64,000 bases of DNA from Botryllus schlosseri (taxonomy: Eukaryota). The translations under genes and the position numbers were made by a program. A model generated the notes under the pieces. That model was not told the DNA's origin and searched no databases. It saw nothing but the letters and a program-made list of their open reading frames with translations. Numbering within the stretch: position 1 is the stretch's first letter; each line of letters starts with the position of its first letter. Shown here piece by piece: positions 13,301 through 26,199 of this stretch. Location of the stretch: contig CM119378.1 in the NCBI GenBank assembly GCA_051294905.1, positions 19,406,001 through 19,470,000 of the forward strand, written 5' to 3'.

Positions 13301-14459
13301 GTTCGAAACGCGAGTGTCACTTTACTTGCCACTAAGAGTTAAGTTATCAATGCGAATCATAGTTTCGATGCATTTACACCGTGTTAGACTGTAGACAACG
13401 ATTTGTCGTATCGCAGCATACGTAACACATAGAACAAAGCTACACACATTAGTGAAATAACATCTTGTGGAGTCATGATCAATCCAGGGTATTGCCGCCA
13501 ATTGCAATGAAATAAGTCTAGTCGAAAAAATACCAAATAATCTTTATTGTTGCATTATATTTCTTGTGGTCGCATAAAATGTACGAATTTGAGATTCCCG
13601 CATCATTCATATTGTTGTGACTGCATATAGAGGGGTACTCGAATCATTGAAGAACTCAAGTTTTTTCAGTCATGACACCCCATGGGTCTCAGTCAAGACA
13701 CTATTTGTCGGCGACTAGAGTAATTTTTGATATTCAAGAAGATGACCACACTCAACTTGAGTCGCTCTGTGTATTGACTCGAGACTAATGAAGCCAGAAA
13801 CTACCATTTATGTGCAAGAATAAGCCTCAAAGAAGTCTATTTCTGAGACTTATTATCGGTTTTTCAGAGATCGCTGTTGCTGGTTTTAGTTGCATGTTGG
13901 CAAAATGGGTACCGCAGCTAGTTGTAGTCGCGTATTTAGAAAAATATTGATTTGTGACTGGAACTTTTTGTCTTGGTTGCAACCATGTACCAGAGACCCG
14001 ACGTAACCGCCCTTTTACTATCTTGGTCGGACAATTGACGCATGTTTTATTTCAGGCAACAATGAGAGTTCGGTGAGCTCGGCCTCGTTATAGCCTCGGC
14101 AAAGTGATCCTGCCTACAGTGTACGAGACGAAGAAACCGGCCGAATCCAGATGACTGTGTTGCCCTTGCAAGTTGTGATGTTAAAATTCGACACAGATAT
14201 AAGGGCGCAGAGAAAAATATTAAAAAAAAAAAAATTTCAAAAAGTGTCTTAGGTGTGTGGTGCCAAATATCATACAAAATACTTGTGTCATGATTTTGGG
14301 TTTAGCCACTGTGTCTCGGCTGTATCACATAGCCCTGAGCTTGAATATAGAAAGAGAGTGTTTAGTAGTTGCATATGGTCTAGGGAAATACAAGCACTAA
14401 TTATTTTCCTTTTTAACAATTACTCAATAAAAAGAGCGCTGATGCACCTCCAATCCTAG

Positions 14460-15165
14460 ACTGTAGCTATAGTTGAAAAAAAAGCGTATGATTCGATTGA
14501 CCACGGGCTTATGCACGCAGTCATAGACCAAGCCGGCTTCGGGTTGAGCTTTCAAAACTTTATCTAAGGAGTATACGACAAGGACCTCCTACAAAGACTA
14601 AACAAAGAAATAAAGGACACAGAATTTGCGGCTTTAAAGAGCAAATCGTTTTAACAGCGTATGCAGAGGACATCACAATCACACTCCTAGAAGAAAAATA
14701 GAGTGAGGGTGCAATTCAGATAATACAAGAATTAGGATAAGTACACTGCCAGTCAATCGAGAAAAGACGTACGGGATGAGCTTTGAAAAGAGGTCGCGTA
14801 CGGCACCAACCTCATTCCACTGGACGAAAGAGCTCACAATCTTGGCAAACTCTATTGCGCAAGACTCAAAAGATCTCCCAAAAGCAATGCGACGACCCAA
14901 TGAAAAAGCCCAGCAAACTAATCCAAGATCTGAAAAAGATGCATCTTCATAGGTATGAAAAAGTAGCCCCAGCCCTACCCTAAACCAACATCCTGACCAT
15001 ATTTACATACAGAACACATACAAGAAGAATTCCCAAGAACATCAGACGAAGACTATAAAGAGAACTCATGTCTTTCCTCTTCCGGATGGAGAAGCAGGTA
15101 GACTATGATAAAGTCATACAGAAGAAAGAAAATGGCGGGTTCGAGCTACGAGACATACCGATGAT
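14460..15165 (+). mobile_element. L1/Tx1-type LINE ORF2 remnant, RT region (left part)
   Basis: KKAYDSIDHGL..GFG, TAYAEDITI (degenerate YADD, 14654-14680), VNREKT, KVIQKKENGGFELRDIP. Confidence 0.8.
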
Positions 15166-17365
15166 TAGGGCTGGGCACAATGATTTGAGTACTCGAATCT
15201 GAATCGCGAATCAATTACAATGATTTGAGTAGTAAGAGACGATTTTTTGGTGTATTGAAATAATGCGCTCCTCGCCACTGAAAGTAAATTTATCAACAAG
15301 AATTATACTTTCTATAGTATTTTTCACTGTGGAAGCCTTGAAACCGTGATTGACCGTATCACAGCATACGAAACAGATAGTACAAAGCTACGAAGGTTAC
15401 AGGAAATAACATATTTATAAAGTCATGACCAACCCGCAACATTGTCACAAGTGCAATGGAATCGGTATGGTCGAAAAAATACCAAAGTATCTTCAATGTG
15501 ATGTGATATTGGCTTTACATTCTTTGCAGTAGCATAAATGGTACATATTTTCTCATTTCACTCATTTCGTTCCCTGGAATCGCCGCGCCAGCGTGCTGAT
15601 CAACCTGCCGTGACACATGATGAGGAAGATGGACTACTTGTGAAGACACGCTGAATCTATAGAATTCGGTCCAAGGTCGTGGCTAAGAGAAGCCAACGAA
15701 CTAGAGAGAACAGTGTATCTCTTACAGCATGCTCCTTACACTGAATATGTAGTGATGGACCGTGTCATAGAAGAAACAAAGACTGATAAGACACTGTCAC
15801 GTCTCCGAAAATGCATACGCAAAGGATATATTCCAAAGAAGGACTCGTCGCTTGACATGTTCCGGAAATTCATCGATAAGATTATATTATGTAATGGCCT
15901 AATGCTCAAGCAAGATAAGATTATTCTACCCAAGACTTTGTGGGAAGTAGCAATTGACAAAGCTCATCAGGGTGGGCACCCAGGCCTAACTAACCTGAAA
16001 CGTCGTATACGAAGCCATTTTTGGATTCCAGAACCGGCAGAAGGCAAGATAAAAGCGTGCTAAGTTTGACAACAGTTTACTCACGCCGGCACCAAGCAGC
16101 CGCAAAAGGTGATTTTACCTCCTAAGAAGCCATGGCATGAGGTAAGCATTGATTTATTTGGGCTAATGCCTGACAACCGCCATGCCGTAGTAGTACAAGA
16201 CATCAGCGAAGATCGCGAAAAGCACATCAGCGAAACATGTCATCCCGGCTATAGCAAACACTTACAATCAGTTTGGGCAGTCTGACGTCCACCGAATGAA
16301 CAATGGTCCGCCGTTTAACTCAATGACTTTGCTGATTTCTCGCAGCAACGTGGAATAAGACATCAAAATTTGATCCATATCACACACAGGCTAATCCTGT
16401 GGAAACATTCATGAAACCGCTTGGGAAAGCTATGAAAATAGCCCACGCGCAGCACCAGGATAAAGATAGGGCCCTACAAGACTTATTGGCAGGATACCGA
16501 TCCAAGGAGGTACAACCAGCGTTAGAAAGAGATCTACAACTGAAAATATCCAGGCAAAATTCCATCAATGCCTCGAACAAAAGGCAAGATCGCGAACTCT
16601 CTATAGGACAAAAAGTCATCTTGCGGAACTTTGGTAGAACCAAATTTGAACCGATTTATGGACCGTAGATCTACAAAATCACCAAGCTGCATGCAGATGG
16701 TGCAGAGGTCCTCCGCTTTTCGGATGGTAAAAAGTTTATCCGCCACCTAAACGATATCAAACTACATTTCGGGGATATCACGACTTCGAACCAAACTTCA
16801 AAGGTCCAACAGTTGATAAACTAGTGGGAACCACTTCAACAAAATGCTTTTGCTGACCCGGTGGAAGAACGAGGTACTGCACTGAGCCCCATCCAGTCGG
16901 ATGAACAGGAGAGTTCGCGGAACGAAGTGCATGTGCCACAGACGCGTACTAAGCAGACTGGCCGACTTCAACAGTCCTGGTTTCCTGGAAACCACTGAAC
17001 TTCAAGTATCCATGCCCTTCTCAAAAGGGGGGGAGTATTATTATGACTCATTTCGTTCCCTGCAATCGCCGTGCCCGCGTGCTGATCAACCAGCCGTGAC
17101 ACATGATGAGGAAGATGGATTCAGCAGCACGGTCGTCAGCGCGCGTTAACCTAGATTTTGTATCTGCTTTCATCGCAGTTGCCGTTGGGGTTATTAGTTC
17201 TTCTAACTTAATAAAATATTGAACTGCTGTAACGTGTGCGCTATTCCACGGGATTTATTACATACTATCATTACATCATAATGAGTGATAGTCGCATACT
17301 CGACTCGAAGCATAATACGAGATTTAGAATCGAATCACTGAGGCACTCGATTTTGTCCAGCACTA
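15166..17365. mobile_element. hAT-type MITE family 2 inserted in the LINE and interrupted by a Gypsy element
   Basis: Ends tagggctgggcaca and tgtccagcacta; TSD ccgatgat/ctgaggat (6/8); 15166-15550 and 17255-17365 align with the copy at 2384-2884 in reverse orientation. Confidence 0.82.
15560..17262 (+). mobile_element. Internally deleted Gypsy LTR retrotransposon (partial 5' LTR, integrase remnant, PPT, 3' LTR)
   Basis: 15560-15633 vs 17046-17119 differ at 4 of 74 nt; HQGGHPGLTNLKRRIRSHFW, PWHEVSIDLFG, NGPPFNS, ANPVETFMKPL; polypurine tract aaaaggggggag at about 17023-17035. Confidence 0.88.
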
Positions 17366-17510
17366 CTGAGGATCACGGAGACGATTTACATCCGACCAGC
17401 GCTACAATGCCGAAGGGCAAGCAAAGTCAAAGTGGGACAAGAAAGCGGACAACCAACTAGCCATCACGCTAAACCGGCACACTAAGAAAAAATTATCGAA
17501 CAATGCAGCA
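17366..17510 (+). mobile_element. L1/Tx1-type LINE ORF2 remnant (right part)
   Basis: Removing the MITE and one TSD restores the frame DIPMITETIYIRPALQ..KWDKKADNQLAITLNRH, matching DIPTIMEMLFLEPANQGKWREGLDHQLELRLNRH at about 30170-30280. Confidence 0.78.
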
Positions 17511-17679
17511 CACAATGACCGTGTTGCATTAGAATAATAATATACATTTTTGTGTAAGTAATAATAATAGTCGATATTAGGATATGTCGCTGCTATTCAC
17601 GCTGTTATTGGGGAAGGCTTCTTTATTCGTCGAGTGAGGCTAGGCAAAGTAGCGATTTAGATCAGGCAAGGGATGTTTT

Positions 17680-20600
17680 GCGGTTATGAAGAAGACCGGA
17701 AAGATCTATTACATCATTTTTCAAGCCCTCATTGTCAAACATCACTGAGCAACATGCCTGTCCGACAGTCAATACACCCGAATTCAATTCGCCATCGGGA
17801 CGAGTCGAATTAAGTCAGACCGAAGGACCATGTTCTTCGCAACAATTCACCCATTCTCATAAGCGTCGTAATAAAGTTTAGGACCAAATCAAATTCAATT
17901 ATTCAACTGGTCATTGGAAAGAATATCGCTACGCCAAAAAAGTCGTCTGGCTTAAATTTCAGAGATGTTGGCTACACGCATTCAAGTGGTTAGCCTACAG
18001 TCCGTCTTAAGACGGGGCATACTGCATGTTTTGTCGGCTAGTTGCCGTGGATGCAGTTAACGGCCAGCAATTAGGACAATTCGTCACCGAGCCAATGCAG
18101 AACTGGAAGAAGGCTAGAGAGAAGTGCAGACGGTTTGGAAACAACGTACAAAATGGGTACGGTAGTGGAAAGAATGAGTTCACCTAGGGAGAGGAAGGCC
18201 ATTGCGGGTCCCGAAGCTTCGAATTCCATCATCATATTTTGTGGTCACGAAAACACACCTCTTCGCGGCCATCGGGATTCTGGCCCCCTGGGAAATGATT
18301 ATGGTTAGCAATCACGTACTGATAGAGCGAGATAGTGTGATGGTTATGCGTTTGGCTTCTCGATTGGTAGGTCGTGGGTTCAATCCCCGGCCGAGTCATA
18401 CCAAAGACTCGAAAATTGATATCCGCACTCCACAGCTATCCTGCTAGGAGCTCAGCAATCACGGATAGCAAGGAGAAAAAACGGAGGCGCAGACTAGATG
18501 ACCTCACTGCCGTATCGCAACTCTGTCTTCAAAGCATCTCAATGGTGCAGGTGAAAAAGAATATCATATCTCTCTCTAATGAAGGACAATTTTCGCGCAA
18601 TATTTCGATACTTCATGGCTTATGGTAATAAATATTTGTCTGAAAATTTTGCTACTGCTCCCACCAATGCCCTCTACCAATGTAGAGAAATTCAAAATTA
18701 GCTCGTTGAAATCTGTGGCAATTTGATTAGAAAGAATATCGTAGACAGAGTTGCTGCCGCGAAATATTTCTCTATTCTCGCGGACGAAACAAGTGATGCA
18801 GCTCAGTTCGAGCAATTATCACCGAGTGTTCGATACGTCCATGCTGACAAAACATGGATGGATGTGCTCGTGAAGACTTTCTTGGTTTCATAGAACCCAA
18901 GTTAACAGGGCGAGCGCACTTGCGGACCTTTTGATTTAAACTTTGACTTCACGGAACATGGCACCGAAAAACATGTGTGGGCAAGGCTATGTCGGAGCTG
19001 CGAACACATCTGGACGCTTTAATGGCGTACAAGCTCTTGTGCGTGAACAGTTCCCTTCAGCTACATACACACATTGCAGTTCGCACATCCTTAATCTCGT
19101 TCTCTCACATGCATATGGAAATGCCACTATAAGAAGAACAATTAAGAGTGTCCACGAAGTGATCGTTTTTTTCGTCAACAGCCCAAGAGGGGAGAGATAT
19201 TGAGGGAGGCTATTAGCGGTATTTGCCCTAATACACCAAGGACAAAACTAGTTCCGTTTTGTGTAAATCGCTGGGTGGAACGCCATGATGCTGTGTTAGT
19301 GTTCTGGGAAAAATATTCTGCTATCGTTCACGCTCTTGGTGAAATAGAAAATGGCGATGACAATGCACCCACTAAAGAATCTGCGGTTGAATGTAAGCAA
19401 AGGATACGGACAATGGAATTCCTAACGTGCATTTTGGTGACTGTTCCCGGAACAACACATGCTCTTTACGGTGCATTGCAAGCCGTAAATATGGATTTAA
19501 TAAAATGCGAGGAAATAGTGACCAATGTTGTAGACACTTCCAAAGAAATCATGGCTAATGTGGAGGACAAATTTTCTTCAATTTTTTGAAAATGCGTGAA
19601 GTGTTGTTCGTGACCATGACATCCCAATGATATGGAGGGGGCTGCGAAGTGCCATTGCGAGCAAGGACGACGTAAAGAGTAATGCCTTGGAGAATACCTT
19701 TAGGCTGTTTGTGCAAAATATAATCAAAGAGCTAGAAAAACGATTTGGAAATACATTTCGTCGAGCTGCGCAATATTTTGCGATTTTGCCGGCGACGATA
19801 AATACGGGTACGTATTATGAAAAGGTGATGTTAAGACGATTTTTGTGACAAATTACCATATATCAACTCATTTCACACAGGTTCATGGGCAGAAAAAAGC
19901 GATTCGGAGTTATTTAGATCGTATGAAGACGATCTCGATGATTTGGTCACCTTACAAAACGAGCTGGCAACCTGGCGGCAGAAACGGAGGAATGCTGACC
20001 CCACATCGATTCCTACGAATGCACTCTTGGCATTCAACTCAGCTCCAGAGCATATTTTTCCTAACATCAGACGATTGCTGCAGGTAGGCTGACCAGAATT
20101 CTCGATCAAAACGCGTGCCTGTACCATTTCAATTGGATTTCAGATCTTGGTGACACTACCCATAACAACCGCTTCAGTGGAACTCTCTGAAATGCAGTCA
20201 AATCAGTTCGACTAAACGGCCTGGCTTTGATACATATACACCGAGAAATCGAATTATCCAAGTTGAATGTTTTGCGAAAGTTCGTCAACAAATCTTCTCG
20301 CAGATTACATATTGCCACTTGAATGCGATTGCTGTGAATTCGCTTTTGTACACTTGTTATTTTCAAGTTCTAAAGTTTGTTGATAATAAATAAACCGCCA
20401 AGCACGAAAACCAACTCGTGCGCCATCGGAATTTCATGACATCTTATGCGAGTGTTCTTGTAACCGGATAATAGAGTTCAGACGATACGAGAGAACCATG
20501 TGACAATGGGGATTTGGGTTTCAGTAGACGAGAGAAAAATACGAGAAAAAGGTGGTGATGCACAGCATTGCTTGATCGGCCGATGGCGTGACGATGCCGC

Positions 20601-20719
20601 GCGGCAATTTGGGGATTGTCAAATTAAAACAAGAAATATTAGGTCACTGGAAATAGATTTAAGAAGGGGCATATTCGTGCTTGGAAACGGGACACTGATT
20701 ACCCCTGTCTACACCCCTG
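17680..20719 (+). mobile_element. Decayed autonomous hAT element (TTF-zinc-finger/DUF4371, P52rIPK/ZMYM1-like transposase)
   Basis: WLAYSPS*DGAYCMFC, PLRGHRD, KYFSILADETSD, GQGY.GAANTSGRFNGVQA, YTHCSSHILNL, RWVERHDAV, RLNGLALIHIHREI; right terminus ctacacccctg at 20709-20719. Left terminus not located. Confidence 0.88.
18325..18577 (+). mobile_element. tRNA-derived SINE inserted in the hAT transposase
   Basis: A-box-like tagtgtgatgg (18333-18343), B-box ggttcaatcc (18377-18386), gtcataccaaagact core, (TC)n tail; interrupts the transposase between RGHRDSG and NEGQF, which are close together in the paralog at about 32620-32690. Confidence 0.8.
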
Positions 20720-20879
20720 CACAGGCAATAAACATTCCGAACATAGGAACCAGTCAGTGTTGTTCGTCAATCAACAAACACGAGATTTCGGTGTGCGACA
20801 ACAATTCCAACAAGCAATTATGACACACTCCCATCAACCTCTGGTTGTATTATCACTATATATAGCTCGTGTCCCTGTG

Positions 20880-21230
20880 TCTCAACAGCAGCCATTTACC
20901 TGAGCAGAAAGTGTCATGAAACCGCGTCTAGAGCGTGCAGTACAGGAGCTGCAGGGAGAAGTGGCGTCTGTGACTACCTTGTCTGACAGTACAATGCAGA
21001 GAAGATCTTCCATGATTACTACATCACTAAAAGACATCGTTATAGCAGTGCTTCGTTATGCTCCTTGCTATGGGCTTCAATTGGATGAAACGACCAATAT
21101 CACAAGCCAAGCTCAGTTGATTGTTCATGTTTGCTTTCCAAACACGGAACGCTAAGAAATTGTGGATCACTGTTTTGTCTCGCCATTCACATTGACTCCC
21201 ACGCACTGAGCATATTTACGAAAGTGGACA
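20880..21230 (+). mobile_element. Buster/Charlie (ZBED5/SCAND3-like) hAT transposase fragment
   Basis: LSDSTMQRR..LKDIVIAVLRYAPCYGLQLDETTNITSQAQLIVHV. Confidence 0.75.
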
Positions 21231-21231
21231 A

Positions 21232-22745
21232 TTTGGCTATGAAAATCTCAGCCAAAAGGGGAAAATATTCTCAGACAACTGACTGACCACATTGCCAATC
21301 TATGCAAAATATTTCTTGGTGTTACGAACATGAAATGTCAAGAAATTGCGTATTGTCATGCAGTAAGCTGGACGTGACTGGTGCCAAGGATTTCGGAACA
21401 GTCATGACATATCGCTAAGTGAACGGGAAGCGACATCATTGGCTCAGTCCATCTCAATAAACAGACATTCTGTTGGTGAGTTTTTAAAAAATCCCGAAGT
21501 GCTTGACAAGGGCCTACAAATTCACTGCCACATATATTTGTATGTTGATGAGACTGGTTTCCATACAGTGCAGGAACTGAGTTAAGTTTTGGCGCTTGAA
21601 GGCATGAAGCGAGTAGGTGCTGTCACCTTGGCTTGAAGAGGAGAGTTAGTGACTGCAACCTGTACCATTTCTGTTACGGGGAATGCAATTACGCCAGTTT
21701 ACGTTTTCCTCATAATGATATCACGATGATTTCATATCAGCTTGATCTACTGGATGGATGGGCAACGAGAATGTTTTCATTGAAACATTTCTGCCACATC
21801 TGGTCATGCATACCAGATGCTCTCCTAATACTGGACAATCGCGTTTCACATGTCAGAATACCATTAATCGAAACGGCCAAGGATAATGGTATTGCGATGC
21901 TAACAATAACTCCCACGAATAAATCTGCAACAGCTTTTCAAAGAGTAATGTCTCCAATAAACATTACAAATGGCTATCTGAAGAGTGGAATTTATCCCTA
22001 TAATGAAAATATTTTCCAATATCATGACCTTGCGCCATCATTTGTTAGCGACAGAGATCAGCAGTGAACAAGATATTTAGTCGACTTTATCTGCATCGGC
22101 AAATGCATCACCAAGAAAAATGTTGACGTTTCCGATTACAGGTCCACTCTTTCAAGCCAACAGAAAGAGCAAGAGATCAACTATTTTGACTTCATCAACC
22201 CATCTAACTTCACTGATCAAAGTAAAAGAGAAGACGAAGAAGATTACAAAGAAAGTTAGTACAGCCAATCTATACAGAGAGTGAGGAGGAACAGGAAATG
22301 TTTTCGATGATGACAGCTCAGTGGGTGAAGAATTGGAAGAATTTATAGTCAGAGATTGAGTGCTCAAGACTTGTGAAGGACAAAAACTATCTAGGTGAAG
22401 TCAGGGCAGTCCAGGAGGCAGATATTCGTTTCAATGTCATGAGAAGGGCAGGGAAGAATTGGAAGTGGCCGAAAGAGAAGGATGAGATTTTTTATGAAAA
22501 GTCTCAGGTGATGCAGACTGGCAACACCCCTTTGTTGCTGCATCACATGGACAATTTACTTTTAATGACATAGCGGAAAATGTTGTGCAAATTCGTTCCG
22601 AAAGTTGAATGTTTCATTGTTAAAATATTTCTTTCATTATGTTACCAATTGATAGATCTATTCGGGATAAGCTGGTACTGTAATTAACAAGAGTTCCTGG
22701 GGTGTCTCATCTTGGACTCAGCGTGTGTCATGTTACCCTCACCCC
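21232..22745 (+). mobile_element. Decayed pogo-like DDE_1 element, family P, 5'-truncated
   Basis: ATSLAQSISINRHSVGEF, YVDETGFHTVQ, LLILDNRVSHV, AKDNGIAMLTITP; homologous to 31480-31620 and 36480-37800; terminal motif gtgtctcatcttgg near 22702-22745. Confidence 0.75.
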
Positions 22746-22799
22746 GAGGTAAGTTTGACCAACAATTTTAGAAGCCCGAGAACTTCGAGAGTATGTTGT

Positions 22800-23790
22800 T
22801 CAATATCACTCAAAACATACATATGAATAGTACAGATGGCAGGATTTCCATCGGTACCAAAATCGATGCTCAGAGAGCATTAGTTTTTTCGATTGGCGTT
22901 GAAATATCAGAAGAGTGTCTCATCTTGACCTTTTCTCCACTACAATGCGTTCTATTTTGAGATCACTCATTACATTGACGGATTTAAATGTCACAGAATA
23001 TAACCTGCTGATGCATTCTCAAGCAACTCAGTTAGATGTACCTGACAAAGAGGATGAATATAGCTATGACTTCAGCAAACTCATGGCAGTATGATTTGCC
23101 ATGACAACGTTGAGGAAAAAGTCTATTCCCTTGGGTTTGAGTCAGAAATGTACAATTGGAATATCACTTTCTAAAAAAACAGATAACGTAATGACTTTTA
23201 GCAGAAATAAAGGGTATTCTCAGCTCCTATTGGAATGTATGAGAACTATTTCAAGTTAGTGAGGATGACTTTGTGATGCGATAGAGTCGGGATTGCCTTT
23301 TCGCATCGCCCTGGGAATCACCAATCTCACTCCCTCGCATCACATGTTTTACATGTCATCGCAATCTCATTCTTCATGTTCGGCCAATACACAACGAGCA
23401 GGACTGAAGCTTTCGAACTAATAATGGCTCTGTTGCTTGCATGAAACTCTCTCAGAATGGTGATTCCCAGGGCAACGAGAAAGGACATTCTGAAAAACCT
23501 TCTTGCAGGCAAAAGATGCATTGAAAGTTCAAAAGCTCGAGCCCTGACTCATTGTGCATTGGCTAAACATGTTAATGAGATTGGGATGTCCTGTAAAACG
23601 TGAATTATACATCAAAGACCGTCAGAGCAATCTAAAGAGCTAATTAGGAATCCTTAAGAAGTTATTCTTCTTGATACGTGGTAGATATTGATCTATTCTA
23701 TTAGGCAAGTGACAAATAATGATTTCTTGTGTACTGTCCTAGCAAATACCGCATGTTGAAGGTCATGGCTCATGGTAATCACTCAAGCGT
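22800..23790 (+). mobile_element. Gypsy RNase H/integrase remnant with a local inverted duplication (boundaries approximate)
   Basis: Plus strand RMVIPRATRKDILKNL..SSKARA..NEIGMSCKT; minus strand LREFHASNRAIISSKASVLLVVYWPNMKNEIAMTCKTC; IDLF downstream. Confidence 0.62.
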
Positions 23791-24380
23791 AACAATATTT
23801 TAGAAGTCTCCCTCTTATTTCTGTCTACTTCAAAAATTTTGTGAATGGTGTCATATGAAAGCTATTGTAACATAGATTTTAAAGAAAATGAGTTATTTTG
23901 AAGAAAGTGAGCTTTTAACTAATATGTACTCTCAAAGTTGTGAAATCAATGTATATTTCAGGTCATTGACATTCACTGATTTTGTCAAAATTGACGTTTG
24001 AGATTTTTGTTGCCGAGTACCCTAAAACACATTCCAGTCATTGGAATTGGTTTAGATAGATTGGTGAAGATGATTGAGTTCCAGAATTGCAGTATTGCCC
24101 ATAGAAGCGGAGTTATTTGTGTTTTTCATTGATAATTCTGTGATTATCCTTGATCGGTGGTTAATCCAAGAATTGTCACCGAAAAACGAAAATAACTCCG
24201 CTTCTACGGATTGGAATTGAGTCAAATTTGTTTTACATCGTTTTTGAAGACAGCGCAACAATTTCATGAGGTTGAAAGAAAAATTAAGAAAAAATATTTT
24301 GGCATTTTTGAGTAAATTCAAAATTTTCAAACTGTACGATATCCCCGATTACCGGTTGGAATGAATTCAAATTTGGTGTG

Positions 24381-24726
24381 TTTAACGCAGAGCGAACGTT
24401 TGTAGTTGTATAATTGTATATCTGACTCCAAGAAGGTTGCGTTTACAATTCGCTGCGTGTTTCTTCTTTCGTTCGACGGACCGGCTAACCACGCCGTACG
24501 GCCTTGTTGGCTGACGTACCCCGAAGCCTGTCTATTGCACGTCAGGGTCACGTCGGGGTCACCACTTTAACGCAGAGCGAACGTTTGTAGTTGTTATAAT
24601 TGTATATCTGACTCCAAGAAGGTTGCGTTTACAATTCGCTGCGTGTTTCTTCTTTCGTTCGACGGACCGGCTAACCACGCCGTACGGCCTTGTTGGCTGA
24701 CGTACCCCGAAGCCTGTCTATTGCAC
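24381..24726. repeat. Near-identical 160-bp direct repeat with a 25-bp spacer
   Basis: 24381-24540 vs 24566-24726, differing by one extra t; a separate 36-bp tandem repeat lies at about 24849-24931. Confidence 0.9.
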
Positions 24727-24969
24727 ACGTATTCGATGGATCACACTGACGAATATATTTTGTTTCCGTCTCCCCGACTTGTAACTTTTTTGAATATCAA
24801 GTACGGTTCAAAATGCAGTATATCTTTCTCGCAATTGGCGAAGTACTTATGAATGTCTATCGACTTCCGAACCAGCTAATAATCATGAATGTATATCAAC
24901 TTCCGAACCAGCTAATAATCATGAATGTATACATACACACGTATATCTCGAAATGAACCCAACGTCGTA

Positions 24970-25860
24970 CGATTTCATATTTCGTTATCTACGTTCACAC
25001 TCACAAAGGTCTTATCAAGCCTCAATTCAGGGAATTGCGTACGGTTTACCAACTCCTTATTAACCATTATTCAAATGGCGTTATACCAATATATTTCGTT
25101 AAAGTGTGCGCCGTCTTTAAAGGCAACCTAACAATTCAATCACATAGCCAGCAAGATTCAGGAAAAAAGTTTTTTCAACAGCATTACTGTGCAAACATGA
25201 AGATGATTTTGATGAAAATGGTCACCACGAGTCATGGCAAGTCAGCTTGTGATGAAATAGGAGGCACTGTTAAGAGATCTGCTGCCCATGAAAGCTTACG
25301 AAGACCTTCAGAACCTCAGATTTTGAAATTTGGGGATATGTTGCAATATTGCAAGTCAGCAATCCCAAGCATTCATTTTGAGGAGATTGAAGCTGCAGCG
25401 CTGGAAAGGTCACGTTCCAATTCACCAACAAGATTTGCAAGCGGATCAACTATTAACGGAACCAGAAGTTATCACAATTTCAAACCTTTGTTGCGCAGTA
25501 ATGAGACGAATCAACTATGATGAAAGCGCTTGTTATAGAATAGACTTTGTTCACAACAATCTATAGGATATTCATCCTGTTGAGGTAAAGCTTGGTAGCT
25601 GCTGTGTATGATCAGTGCTGGTACCTCGGTGGTGTTTTGGAGACGGACGTTGAAAATGAGGACGCAAAAATAACGTTTTTGGATCCTAAATAAAGGTCCA
25701 AGTGTATCTTTCCGATTTCGAAGAAGTGTGGTCGAGTGCTGGGTCCCATATAAGCACATTGTGTGCAATATTGAAGCTCCGACACTATCATCATCAAGAG
25801 GCCAGTACCAATTGACCAAAGAGTCAGAAAATAAAATTTCATCATCCAGGGAGATATTCA
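24970..25860 (+). pseudogene. Transposase-like remnant of the HGKxxCDxxGG type (superfamily not assigned)
   Basis: TTSHGKSACDEIGGTVKRSAAHESLRRP..QIL, TINGTRSYHNFKPL, then AVYDQCWYLGGV in another frame. I recall this motif set from repetitive invertebrate transposon-derived ORFs. The element probably spans about 23790-26110; TIRs not resolved. Confidence 0.65.
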
Positions 25861-26199
25861 CTTCATCCCTTGAATGAGATTTATTACTGAATTGAGTGGT
25901 TAGTAGACTCCAGAAGATTAATATTTTTTATTCTCTTTTGTGTGTTTCTAGTGTTTAAGACTATGTCTTTGTTATTCTTTACGTAAAAATCTGAAAGTAG
26001 CAAAACTTCACCGTTGGGTGACCACAAAATCTCCAATTTTCAAAGTGCGATAACTCTGCGAAAAGTAGACCGATTTTGATAAAATTAAGTTTGCTGCACT
26101 CAGGGCTGACACCCAATTTACTCCTCGATCTTCATTGCAATCTGAGACCTAGTAGTGACGCCTCAGGTTGATTTGACATGGACTTACCCTTACTTTTGG

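Noticed and set aside
18325-18400. Possible tRNA gene.
   Set aside because: No acceptor-stem closure; it continues into a SINE body and TC tail and interrupts a transposase.
24381-24726. Repeat-spacer-repeat arrangement suggesting a CRISPR-like array.
   Set aside because: Only two 160-bp units, eukaryotic context and no cas genes; the GACTCGAGTC clusters are likewise MITE subterminal motifs.
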